64,000 nucleotides of DNA, taken from the NCBI RefSeq assembly GCF_052425735.1, contig NC_135762.1:10292001-10356000 (forward strand), given 5' to 3'. The notes under the pieces are model-generated. The model ran no database searches. It saw nothing but the letters and a program-made list of their open reading frames with translations, and was not told where the DNA came from. Source of the DNA: Oculina patagonica (Eukaryota). Both the position numbers and the translations under genes were made by a program. Of this stretch, positions 12,491-24,031 are shown in pieces. The first letter of the stretch is position 1; each line of letters opens with the position of its first letter.

Positions 12491-15200
12491 TATTATATGG
12501 GGTCGTACGGTCTACAAACTGCCATATTTTGTTCTTCCTAGACCGCAAATTGCTTTAAAGACCGAAAATTTGCGAAATCGCCAGATAGATACTAATGTAC
12601 CGGCAAACCAACACTTAAACTTAAACCGCTACACGGCCAGACCCTCTGTAGAGGCAGAGTGTAGAGACCCCATGTGCCACTTGGCACGAAGTTGTCAGCT
12701 GGAGGTGAAGTTATACCACGTGCTAGTAGTGGTAGTAATACTCCGATTTGTATTCACCAAATCTTGTCAGTTCTTTACATGCCTGGCCTGCGTGTATAGT
12801 AAACTTTCCCATCACTACAAAGGTATTCATCATAATCTTACAAGGTGTGATACACGAAATATTAGTTATTTAACTCAAGAGGCATCAACGAATTTATCTA
12901 AAGAAGAGGTTTCTTCTGGCCGATTCAACTCAGGACATTTATGTGAGATGAAAGAATTTTGGCGAGCAGAATCGAGCAGCGACATCATCTTTGCGCACGG
13001 TTCGAAACACGGTTGAGGTGTTATTGCGCTTTTTTGGACCTTCCTTAAGTGAAGAAGTGATAAAAATGGCATGTCTTGTTTTGTTGTGAGAATCCAAGGG
13101 ATTAAAACCATTAACTTACTTTTCTTGTTAAAATGGCCGATTTCATTCGTAGAAGCTAACCGATAAATTCCCACTAGGTGAAAACTTAAACCGCTAACTA
13201 TCATAATCCACGTCGGAGCAGAGACGTTCAGTTAATAAAATGGTATCAAACCTGTCAGGGACCTTTGTAACAACTTTGATTTAGTTGAATTGCTGGCGTG
13301 AGTAAAAGACATCCATAAAACACGTTATTTACCTTGGAGCCAAAGCTTAGAGAAGTTTAACGTTTAAAGTTAACTTGATGATCGGCTTATTTCAAAACTG
13401 CTATTAGTCGGGTTACGAAAACTGACATCTTCGCTCACTGTGTTTAAATTTCCGATCACTACCAAGTGGCCATCATCAAAATCCTGTGGGCAAACAGGAA
13501 AAAGTGGACCAGGCTATCGGAAGTTTAATTATAAATGATCTGTTCCAAAATGCATGAGCTTTGTTATAAAAAAAAATGCAGCAGAGGAGCGCAAGGACGT
13601 TGTTGGCAAGAGTATCTTTTTGGAAATGTTTAAATGGAGATGCGGACCGGATATTGGCAATTCTTTTTAGTAAGAAGGAAAACAATGCAGATAAGAATAT
13701 GAAACAAAACGGAATTTCTCAGTTTATCAATCCCTTGGCAATGTTTTCTAAGGGACGACAAGTGTGATGGTTTGTGTTTGTGAGATATTGTTTTTTTCCA
13801 TACATATACATGTACCCTCGTCCGCACATCTGTTCTAGAATAAAACAATAGAGCCACACCATTAGCAACGTCTCATCTGCATGGGTTTGACTGGAAGTGC
13901 TCCTCTTGTCACACTTTTGCCCCCATAGAATCGACATTTCTTGAGCCCTAACTCCTTCCATTTTGTGCTCCTTGGATCTACGTTAGTGGAGGCCCAACTA
14001 CCTCCTATAGAAGGCTTTGTAAACTTGACACCTAAGGATTACATATGGCTGTCATATTTCTGTGGGGTACTTTGTCACTCACATCCCACTTTTCAGCCAC
14101 ACTAAGTTGCTGTTGCTTTGCTGCAGGTATGTAATATCGATATTGATATCGATATCGATAAGCATCTTATTTCCTCTAACATTGGCGAACTGGTAACTAT
14201 CATTTATTACAACATATAACCTCCTATTATTACTTCTCCCAACCTACCCATAAGAAATATCTGGTGAACAGCTTGGGGAATTAATTTGGCACAAACTTCC
14301 GGAGCTTGTCCCGGTTTCGATAGTATTAAGCGGCTAGAAATATTTCTACTTCACCCTGGATTGTATGCTTACTGAACTTGTTGTTTGGCATAAAATAATT
14401 CCTGAACTGAGCAAGTTTCGCTGGACAAACTTAGAATCACTTTGCCGCCTTGATCATCTTGCGAATTTCCGCAATTCATCTTCGTCTAGCTGAGACTGGG
14501 ACTGAAAATTGGCTTCACTGTTAGATTTTCAGTCATTGTGTCGTTTTAAAGCTCAAGAATAGTTTGTTGTTGCAGATGGAAGAGTCTCGGCTCATATTAA
14601 ACGGAGCTTAAAGTGCTCCCAGCCAGCAAGAAAACGGCGCAAACAGTTAAATGGCTTTAATTTCTGATTGGCTGGCTTCGTTATTTTCTTGGTTCTGATT
14701 GGTCCACGGCAGCGGCCTAAATATTTTTTAGTCCGATAAATTCTCCATTTGAGCCCACAAAATACGCCACAATGAACGATGAAGTTATTGTAATACCTTT
14801 TCTTCTTTCAAAAAGCTTGTCCCTTGGCAGTCCGACTAGAGATTTTTTTATTATTTTAATTCGTTTGGTTTGCTTTAAACTGAAGGTGAAGTTTTGAAAT
14901 TTAGCAGTGTTGTTTATGATTTTGAACCAACTAATGAAGGCGTGAAAGCAAATGAAAGTTTATCAGTGCGATAAAAGCATTATTATTCCAGTGCATGGCG
15001 CCATAGAGCCAGTTTAGCGCTGCGTTGAAACAATGCGAATAATTAAAAATAAAATCGACAAATACAAAATGTTTTCATGGCGACAGTCGTCAGCAGCTGA
15101 TCAAATTTTCATAATCGTATCTGAAAGAAAACCTTTAATTCTATATCTTTAACTAAATATAATTTAGATCACTGTCAGCATCGACACTTTATTTATCGTA

Positions 15201-15347
15201 TACACTCTTTTTATATAAAAAATTTTTTTAAGAACATTGAGGCCGAGATTTGCCCCAAAATTTAAGAAAATGTATGGGCTAAAAGAAGAACATCCTCAGA
15301 CTCATCCACATTTATTATAAACGCGTTCGTATATAAAACAGAGTGTA
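15201..15347. mobile_element. Small TA-flanked MITE
   Basis: TACACTCTTTTTATAT ... ATATAAAACAGAGTGTA inverted ends. Confidence 0.55.
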
Positions 15348-16043
15348 TTATACAAGGGTATATGTTTATCATATTATCCAGTTTTTCCAGCGCTAGCGCG
15401 GGATGTTAATAAATAAAACAAATTTTTCTTAAGCGAAATTATCCTTCGATTCAGTTCTCCGCTTTTTCGTAACCAGGCATGCAAATGATATTTCCAATCA
15501 AAAGAACATAATTTTTTGCTTTTAACAAATGTGTAAAGTTGTCAGTCTGTCAGTCATCAAGGGCGTCGCGAATAATAATAAGTATAATTAACACGTCGTA
15601 AACCGTGAAGACAGTGTGTGAAGTTGAAACTATATTTGAAATTCAACTTCATGCACAACATACGGCAAAAGTAATCTAGATGTAAGCGGCGAGATACTTG
15701 AGTTCTTGATTAAAACAAAACGTGTCATTGAAACACAGTTTCATTAAGGCAAAATGTGGACAACAAAACAAGTGTTTCTTTTTTGGCCACAACAAAAAAG
15801 TCGTAAATTTAAATGCAATAAGCAGTAATAACACGAGGTTTTTTTACAAACATTAACTGAATCTGAGAGTCTGACGAAGTTAAAGAATTACACAGTTGTA
15901 AAAGTCAAACATGCAGGCATTAAGCAATGACTGTAAAGATATTGTACAAAGTTCCTTTTCTAAGTTGTGCGTAAATCCTTGTGTAGCAAATAACTTTAAA
16001 AAGAAATGGATTGTAGGGCACATGCAAAAATTAGTCTTTAGAT

Positions 16044-17063
16044 TCAACGTGTATTTTGATGCCGGTTAAGCTCGATTACTTCGGTTTGTGGTGAAACTCG
16101 TCCACGTTTGCAACAAGACTTCCATGTTAAGCAATAAAACATCTCCTTCAGTGCCTTGTGAAAATTTGTACTGGAAACAAACAAAATTGCTGGGTTAATT
16201 GCTGTCCGTAGAGATGGAAATACGTAGAAAAACAAACCTGCAAATAGCAAGCATGAATCTTTGGCATAAAGTGATGGAAAAACCATTTTCAATAACAAAA
16301 ACACACACAGCGGCGTCCAGCAGAGGAAAAATACAATGACAATCGATATGAAGACTTTCATCACAATCATGTTCTGTTGACGATTTCTCATTCTCGTGCT
16401 TTCTTGCACTTCGTCCGCTGCCGGCCGTGATACTGTCAAACTTTTCATGATTCGAGAGTAAAGCACAATTATTGTCACTTGTGGCACAAAGTAAAATAAA
16501 ACGAATCCACTGAGCAAATATATAGAGAGTTCATTTTTACCCCATAAAAGCCTGCAGTATGTCTGTTGGCCCTCCTTTACTATATCAGAAAAGAGGATAT
16601 AGGGAGCACCAATCAACAGTGGAATGATCCAAGTGAGTATCAATAAAACTGTTCGGAGCCGCCTTGTCAGCATTTTAGCCTTGAAAGGATGCACAATGGC
16701 GATGAATCTCTCCACAACAATCCACACAAGGCTCAGAATTGAAGCAACCTGCGAAACAGCTCTGGAATACAGTCCAAATTTGCACACGACCGTAGCCACT
16801 GGATCGTCGATCAAATGTTTCCTTGAAAGCATCCCTTCAGTAGCGAACAGTGGCCAGTTGGTCGAAGCGGACAGTAGATCAGATACAGCCATGTTTACGA
16901 TGAAATAATTTGTGCTTGTTCTGAGAGTGCCGTTCATCAGAAAAGCTGCTGCGACTAAAATGTTGCCGATTAATGCCGAAATAACGACCAACGAAATAAC
17001 TGTTGTAAGCGCTGTGGAAACGGTTTGGGAACATGTCGAATGATCTAATGTTGAGTTGTTCAT
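16044..17063 (-). CDS. Intronless class A (rhodopsin-like) GPCR, neuropeptide-receptor-like, paralog 1 (about 339 aa from MNNST)
   Basis: Seven hydrophobic segments; TM1 GN, TM2 MAVSD, TM3 C..ERF, TM4 W, ECL2 Cys, TM6 CWTP, TM7 NPAIL. N-glycosylation sequon at the N-terminus. Confidence 0.9.
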   Translation of the reverse strand: MNNSTLDHSTCSQTVSTALTTVISLVVISALIGNILVAAAFLMNGTLRTSTNYFIVNMAVSDLLSASTNWPLFATEGMLSRKHLIDDPVATVVCKFGLYSRAVSQVASILSLVWIVVERFIAIVHPFKAKMLTRRLRTVLLILTWIIPLLIGAPYILFSDIVKEGQQTYCRLLWGKNELSIYLLSGFVLFYFVPQVTIIVLYSRIMKSLTVSRPAADEVQESTRMRNRQQNMIVMKVFISIVIVFFLCWTPLCVFLLLKMVFPSLYAKDSCLLFAGLFFYVFPSLRTAINPAILFVSSTNFHKALKEMFYCLTWKSCCKRGRVSPQTEVIELNRHQNTR

Positions 17064-17165
17064 AGTTGTCTTGCCAGAAGTATGATCTAATTTCACAGAT
17101 GTGATCAGCGTCTTATTTCAAATGATCGGACAGATCGCCTCGAAGATTTGCTTTCCATCTGTCCC

Positions 17166-17173
17166 TGACGTCA
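17166..17173. promoter_or_regulatory. Palindromic CRE (TGACGTCA) upstream of GPCR1; equivalents at 23691, 24099, 28079, 28527 and variant TTACGTCA at 40461
   Basis: The 8-mer sits about 70-110 bp upstream of every GPCR start codon and is kept while the flanks diverge. Confidence 0.55.
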
Positions 17174-19103
17174 TAGAGGGTAAACAGCGTGAAATAAAAT
17201 GACTTATTGTTGCTTGTCTTATTAATTTTATTTGAATATCTGTTTCATGAAGATCTCCCGTTTTGTCCTACTGATTTATACAAAGCTATGACTATGACAA
17301 AGATACAACCGCAACAAAAAGTACAATTAAAAAAAAGGTTACTTGAAAAGACGTGATACCAAAAATTGTACATTTAATTTTAATTTATTCTTTCTTTTGC
17401 TTTAAATGTTTTCCAGGTTTGGCTTTCAAAAAAAAAGAAATATTAAATAATATGAATAAGATTTGGGGCTCAAAGAATATAAATTAATTAATAAGTGAAC
17501 AAAAAAATCCAATTACTAAAACCAGACATAAGAAAATTGTGTATTAACTGAAAACCTAAAAAAGTACCCGCCCGTTACAAGACGATGACATCGATAATCG
17601 AAAAGATTGCTTACAATCGCACTGAAATATTTGATTAACTTGATCGAAAAGGAACGTTTTTCAGAAGCGGTTGTACTGCAAGATTGGAACGTATGTTAAC
17701 TTTAATGTTTCCTGTGGGCTAGCTTCACATTAAAATTTTCTTCCATTAAAATTTTGGCCATTTGAACCCGTTCAGACCCTGAATGTACTGTGATTGTATT
17801 GCCAATCCTGCAATGCATTACTTCCTTGTGGAGGAAAGCGTGTTCGCCTTTAAACTTTTATAAGTAATAACTTCTGACTATCAATTATTATGGATTGTTT
17901 CTTGGTGTTTTGCTGTGGCGTTCCACAAGATTGTCAAATTATGGTAAACATGAGAAACATGTATTTCTACGAAGTTTAAAATTCATAAGCTCATGACCAA
18001 AATTAGGAAGTCAAATATCACTTCCAGAGTAAATAAAGTTAACATCCCGAACTACTATTTGAAGACCGACAGCACAGCCGCTTCAGTCTACAAAGTCCTT
18101 CTTTTTTTGATTGTCTATCAACTTTATTGGTATCAAAAATTTACAAAAAAAAGAGAAAAGGACCAAAAAGGAATTGCGCGAACTTTGTAATAGGTGAAAG
18201 ATGAAAGATGTCTTTCTTGAAGACATGCATTTGAGGCTGAAAAGATTTCAAGTCAAGTGCAACACAATTTAATTTGTATTTCATTTTGAAAAAAAAGGAG
18301 ACGGCGGATATAATGTTATAAGGCTGTCAAGATGCTCTCAGTTCTATTATTTACAATATATTATTTTTAATGTGCGGAAACCAACAGAACAAAACTATTC
18401 GGAAGTAGAAGCATTGTGGGGGTCTATTGAACTAAGACGATTGACTCGTTGAAAAGTGCAAAACCACTTTTGAATGCTACTAATAATCGAGAAAACACTA
18501 AGACATGTTGATTTACCAAATATCGAAATACAATGGTAATACGTACGGCTTTTAATGCCAGCAAATCTGTCACTTGCCTTTGATTAAGTGCGTTACAGGC
18601 TTACAAAAAGCCCCTGAAAGAGCTTGTAAAATTATATTTGTAGCGTCACAGGGTTTCCTTGCGATTTTTAATTTCTACATTTACAGTTTTTTGTATCGCA
18701 GCACGACTTTAAAACTGGTAAATTTGAATAATATATAGTCAATAAATATAATATAAATAATACCTCTCTTTTTCTCGTTCACTCGTTTTAAATAATTCTT
18801 GAAGCAAATATTGCTTGTTTTCACCGAATTTTCGATTAAAATCCTGCCATCAACACCTGTTTCAAAGAGAACTAAATTACTATTTATGGTTTAGTTGTGG
18901 GTGGTTTTAAAAATTATAAAAAATATATTCGATATGAGTTTTAAAAAAGTCGTTATTTCAATCGCGCTTATATTACCAACGAGATTTTTTATTAGCCAGT
19001 TCGGCGCAACCTCAAAATAATTGCATGACTAAATAAGAAAATGTTTTCTGTGGTGACCGTACAGCTATTTGAATGGTTTCGAAGTCGTCCTAAAAGAAAA
19101 GCA

Positions 19104-19815
19104 TATTAGGATATTACACGGTGGCGAGAAGATATGAATTTTATGTTCACTGCGCTAACTCGTGAGATATCGTTTCTACCATCCGAACATAAATTTATAT
19201 CTTTGAGCCAATGTGTAATGTTCTTTTTATTATATGGAGATCAAACGTAGTTGACAGTGCGTATTTTTATTTCATTGTTTTCGAATAATCGAGCCAGTTT
19301 TACAAATCGACGCGTTCGTCCTTCATAGAAAATGCAAAGCACCCGTGCCTAGGATATAGAAACACTAACTGCGTTGCAATTATATAAATAAAATACTTGT
19401 CAACTAAATAAAATGTAAGAACTGAAAACATCACTTACTTTGACTTGAATCCGATGCGGCAAATTTCTTGACAACATTTTTTTCTTCCTTACGGTATCTT
19501 GCACTTTGAGAAATTCCTTGCGAGGAATTCCCTCTAAAGACCTTGAAATCGTCAAGGTTTCCGTTATCGTGTTATTGTTCTTATAAAGTTCTTTGGAATC
19601 TCATTCTTTTTCGTTGCTTAGTTAAACAAATTAAACCTGCTTGTCGATGCTTGCTAACCGACAAACGACACAAGAGACCAAATTAATTCAAAGTAGAAAA
19701 GGCGCCACTTGCTAGAGGGGCATACGGAAAATATGGCACTCGGGTCCCGGATGGAGTGGCGTATGAAACCAACGAGTGGTTTAGCTCCCATTAAAAAACT
19801 CTCCACCATATTAAA
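19104..19815. mobile_element. Hairpin-ended non-autonomous element (Crypton/Helentron-like)
   Basis: Terminal hairpin 19110-19222 (partly deleted) with a GGC-GA-GAAGATAT / ATATCTTT-GA-GCC mismatch. Internal IR pair TTATTATATGG (19228) and CCATATTAA (19806). Confidence 0.55.
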
Positions 19816-20073
19816 AAAAAAGCAGCATATAGTGCCCTTCAGAAACAAGTGAGAAGCAAAAAAGGTCAAAAGACCGAAGTTAACATAAAACGGCAAATGT
19901 ACAAAGTCACGAACCACGAACGTAGGAGTCGTGCAGGCCCGTCACTTTATTCTACTAAGACAATAGACCTATTCAATTAACGACGTCTTAAAAGCGAATC
20001 CACTTCCTGAACCGCACGGGAAACAACGTTTATAAACAGACCTCGACTGCTTGTACAAAATCTGCAGATGTAG

Positions 20074-20104
<31 letters not shown>

Positions 20105-20122
20105 AATGACGACGACGACGAC
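20074..20122. repeat. (GAT)n/(GAC)n microsatellite
   Basis: Direct read. Confidence 0.95.
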
Positions 20123-20147
20123 TTCGATGATGATAACTAGTGTTGTT

Positions 20148-20684
20148 GGAGGATCTGAAAGGGGATACCTTGATAACACTAAACACTTAATTTTTTGGCT
20201 CTGTAACATGAAACAGTGAAATTTTAGGCATTTTAACACTAAAAGTAAAAACATTCACTGTGACAGTATATTTTATCCAGAAAGAAACAAAAACGGCTCC
20301 AAAAAGGCCAATATTATTTTGTTTAGTATATGAAGAAGTTTTCGGCCATTTTTCGACGATTTCTGATCATTTCGGAAGATTTCCGAGGACTGCCAAATAT
20401 TCCCGAAGGCTGCTGAAGATTTCCGAAGAGTACCGAAGATTTCCGAAGACTACCAAAGATGTCCGAGGAGAAATACAAAAATATTCTGTTAGTTCATGAG
20501 TGTTTTTCCCGATTTTTGAAGAGAAAATAAGAATTTCCATTAAAAGGATTTTTCACAAAAACCACTCCAAACACTTAACACTTTCCTTGGAAACAGAAAA
20601 CATTAAAAAATTGGCCAATATAACAGCAAACACTAAAAATAATTGCCAAATAACACTAAACACTAAACTCCAATTAGACCCTCC
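20148..20684. mobile_element. MITE with 4-bp TSD (TGTT), Sola-like
   Basis: Ends GGAGGATCT / AGACCCTCC, TGTT on both sides, internal TAACACTAAACACT repeats. Confidence 0.55.
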
Positions 20685-21047
20685 TGTTGGTGTTCAAGTT
20701 CTGTTCCTTTTCTCCCAGAAAACCTAGTATATTTCCAAGCTGAAAAAAATTTCAACTAAAATTGAGTTCAACGCAATCTGATTTATAGTTTATTTAAACC
20801 AAATTCAAGGATGGTTTTTACAGTTAAAATATGCATTTTAACAGTGAATATTATTTGCAAAATGAATTTAATATAGAGATTATACATTGCACGATGTCTG
20901 TTATTACCTTTCCCCCTTTTAAAGAACTTGTCCGTTGGTTGATTCATTTTAAAGCTTTTTTAAAATTAAAGTCGTGTGGTTTGTTTTGAACAGAAGGTAA
21001 CATTTTGACATTGAGTGGCGTATTTTATAATTTTTAAAACATTTTAA

Positions 21048-21632
21048 CCCTCGGACGTTCAAGCAAATTCATGCCCCCACCATCGTACAGGGGGGAGGGG
21101 GGTGGATGGACCCCTTCCCCGGGGTTTTCGTTCTATTAAAGCGCAGCGAAATTATTATGCTCTGAGTAGAAAACCATTCGCTTACTCTACAAGATGACAT
21201 AGTTTTTGTTGGCTGTCACGTCACATGACGTCACATGACGTCATAAGAGCCACCATCTTGGATCCGCCATCTTGGATTTCATCGTTTTCTTAGAAAGTCG
21301 CAAAATAACGGAAATTGATGCAAAATCAAGCCACAATGCTTGTGGAATGTAAAAATAAACAAATCGTTCAATTCTGTTCCAGAAAACTGGAAAAAAAAAA
21401 CAAAGAAAAGTGTTAAAAATGACGATTTTTGGCCAGACCTGCTTGTAATTATGATATTGGCATGGCAACGTAAAATATCATGGGCACATGGTTGACTTAT
21501 CAAAATCTCGGCAAGGGATGAATGAACAGCTACTGAAAGTTTCGGCATTGTAGAGTAAATCCTCCTTTCAAAATTTAGAAGAAAAAAAAAATTACGGGGG
21601 GAGGGGTGGCATCCATCCCCCCCTTGTACGTC
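21048..21632. mobile_element. piggyBac-type MITE, right end truncated at the duplication junction
   Basis: TTAA+CCCTCGGACGT left end; ...CCCCCTTGTACGTCG right end lacking the final GAGGG-TTAA. Confidence 0.55.
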
Positions 21633-21854
21633 GTGTAAGGCGTGAAATCAAATGAAAGTTTCTTCTGTGTAAAGCATTATTATTCCAGTGCATTTCGCCA
21701 GTGACCCAGTTTGGCGCTTCCTTGGAATAATGGAAATAGTTAATAATCGGCAAAAACAAAATATTTCCTTTGGCGACCGCCGTCAGCAGCTGATCAAATT
21801 TAACTTTTTTATATTTGGTCACTGAATCGAGACCTTATTTGTGGTATATTATAC

Positions 21855-22136
21855 TTAACAATTATCCTGCGAGCGGAATATCGCCTGAACTAGCCGACGA
21901 GGCCGTAGGCCGAGTGGCAAATCAGACGAATCCGCAGAGAGAGGATATTGTTTTATTATTCGACAATTTGTCAACGAAACACATTTTGCAGATAGAAAAA
22001 GTGTAATTTGCAGCGCGTTACAAGGCTTTGGACGAATTTCGGAACCACGTATATCGCAGGATATCTGTTATGTACGGATGACAGATATCGTTAGTTTTGA
22101 CCATATATGGGCAGCGCGCGCATTTGTTGAATAATA
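21855..22136. mobile_element. Hairpin-ended TSD-less element, absent from unit B
   Basis: Empty site at about 26500 (TATATTATAC-AAAGAG). Hairpin apex GAC-GA-GGCC-GTA-GGCC-GA-GT. IR pair TTATTATTCGACAA / TTGTTGAATAATAA. Confidence 0.75.
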
Positions 22137-22592
22137 AAAAGGGATATCCTGCGAAAGTCGGACAAATAGGACAGGTCACGCAGGTTTTATTTTAGTTTTA
22201 TTAAGTTGTTATATTTTGTCCCAGTGTTATTGATGAGTAGGATAGATTTTTCTAAAGCGAAATTATCCACACGATTCAGTTCTCCGCTTTCTAAACTTTG
22301 TTCTTAATCATACATGAAAATGATATTTCCAATAAAGCACATAATATTAAATTTTTAATAAAGCTGTAATGCTGTCTGTCTGTCTGTCAGTCATCAAGGG
22401 TATCGTGAAAAATAATTAAAGTAAATAAATTGTAGAAACAATAAGCTGCTCCGATTTATAAATCTTAACTGTATATTTATCATACAACAAAATATAGAAT
22501 AAAATAAAGATAAAAGAGATGAATAAAAGAGAAATTAAAACACTACTAGATTTAAGATCCCATGTAACATTATTCGTTTCCTTTAATGTGTA

Positions 22593-23618
22593 TTAAAACC
22601 CATGTTTAAGCTCGATAACTTCTCTTTGGGGTGAAACTCGTCGACTTTCGCAACAAGACTTCCATGTAAAACAATTACACGTTTCCTTTAGCGCACTGTA
22701 AAAATTAGTACTGGACACAAACAGAATAACTGGGTTAATTGCTGCGGCTAAAGATGGAAAAACATAAAAAAACAAACCATTATATAACAAACATGCATCT
22801 TTGGCATACAGAGATGGGAAAACCATTTTAAATACTAAAAACACACACAGCGGCGTCCAGCAGAGGAAAAATACAATCACAATCGATATGAAGACTTTCA
22901 TCACAATCATGTTCTGTTGACGATTTCTTATCCTCGCGCTTTCCTGCACTTCATCCGCTGCCGGCCTTGATCTTGTCAAACTTTTCATGATTCTAGAGTA
23001 AAGTATAATTATTGTCACTAGTGGCACACAGTAAAGTAAAACGAATCCACTCGGATAGTATATGGAGAGTTCCATGCTACCCCATGAAAACCTGCAGTAT
23101 GTTTGTTGACCCTGTTTTACGATCTTTGAAAAGCGAATATAAGGAGAACCAATCAATAGTGGAATGATCCAAGTGAGTATCAATAAAACCGCTCGAAGCC
23201 GCCTTGTCAGCATTTTCATAGCCTTGAAGGGATGCACAATGGCGATGAATCTCTCCAGAACAATCCACACAAGGCTCAGAACTGAAACGGTATGTGAAAC
23301 AGCTCTGGAATACAGTCCCAGTTTGCACACAACAGTAGCTTCTGGATCGTTGATCAATGGTTTTCTGGAAAGTATCCCTTCAGTAGCGTAGAGTGGCCAG
23401 TTGGTGAAAGCGGACAGTAGATCAGATAGCGCCATGTTTACGATGAAATAATTTGTGCTTGTTCTAAGAGTGGTATTCATCAGAAAGATAACTGTGACTA
23501 GAACATTTCCGACAAATGCAGAAATACTAACAAAGGAAATAGATGTTGTGAGCGTTGCGGAAATGATTTGGGAACACGTTTGCTGATCCAAAAAAGCATT
23601 GAAACTTGTGTTGTTCAT
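22593..23618 (-). CDS. Intronless class A GPCR, paralog 2 (about 341 aa from MNNTS)
   Basis: Same 7TM motifs (ERF, CWTP, NPVIL). The upstream in-frame ATG at 23699 overlaps the CRE and is probably not the true start. Confidence 0.9.
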   Translation of the reverse strand: MNNTSFNAFLDQQTCSQIISATLTTSISFVSISAFVGNVLVTVIFLMNTTLRTSTNYFIVNMALSDLLSAFTNWPLYATEGILSRKPLINDPEATVVCKLGLYSRAVSHTVSVLSLVWIVLERFIAIVHPFKAMKMLTRRLRAVLLILTWIIPLLIGSPYIRFSKIVKQGQQTYCRFSWGSMELSIYYPSGFVLLYCVPLVTIIILYSRIMKSLTRSRPAADEVQESARIRNRQQNMIVMKVFISIVIVFFLCWTPLCVFLVFKMVFPSLYAKDACLLYNGLFFYVFPSLAAAINPVILFVSSTNFYSALKETCNCFTWKSCCESRRVSPQREVIELKHGF

Positions 23619-23924
23619 GTTTGCCAGGATTTTAATCTTAATCAGTTTCACAGAACAACCTGTAGTTAAGATTTGCTTTTCACCTGTCCATGACGTCATA
23701 GAGGATAAACACCGTTAACAAATATTTATTAAAAATTGCTGCTTGTCTTATCAATTTTTCTTATATCATGAAGACATCTCGTCGCGTCCTCTTCAAAGAA
23801 AAAGTAGAATTTAAAACAAGTTATGGCCTTTCCACCCGGGCAGACAAAGTATGAATTATCCGTGACAAAAACTAAAGGACAAATTCTGTGGCGACAAATT
23901 GTCAAACACCTTTGTTTCCCCACT

Positions 23925-24031
23925 CAAATGCCGTAAAACTAACAAAAGGAAATAGTTGTTGTGAGCGTTGTGGAAATGATTTGGGAGCACGTTTCCTGAC
24001 CCAAAAAAGCATTGAAACTTGTGTTGTTCAT
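23925..24031 (-). pseudogene. GPCR 5' stub (about 36 codons) with duplicated promoter; equivalent at about 28315-28423
   Basis: MNNTSFNAFLGQETCSQIISTTLTTTISFVSFTAF, then homology breaks. Its own CRE lies at 24099 (28527 in unit B). Confidence 0.8.

Noticed and set aside
12435-13990. 193-aa ORF and neighbouring coding-like stretch
   Set aside because: No recognisable motif. Possibly an old transposon remnant, but not classifiable by eye.
19977-20254. Poly-His / poly-Ile ORFs
   Set aside because: Translations of the (GAT)n microsatellite.
23619-23699. N-terminal extension MTSWTGEKQ... of GPCR2 and GPCR3
   Set aside because: The ATG is part of the CRE. The extension is not open in paralogs 1 and 4, which start at MNN.
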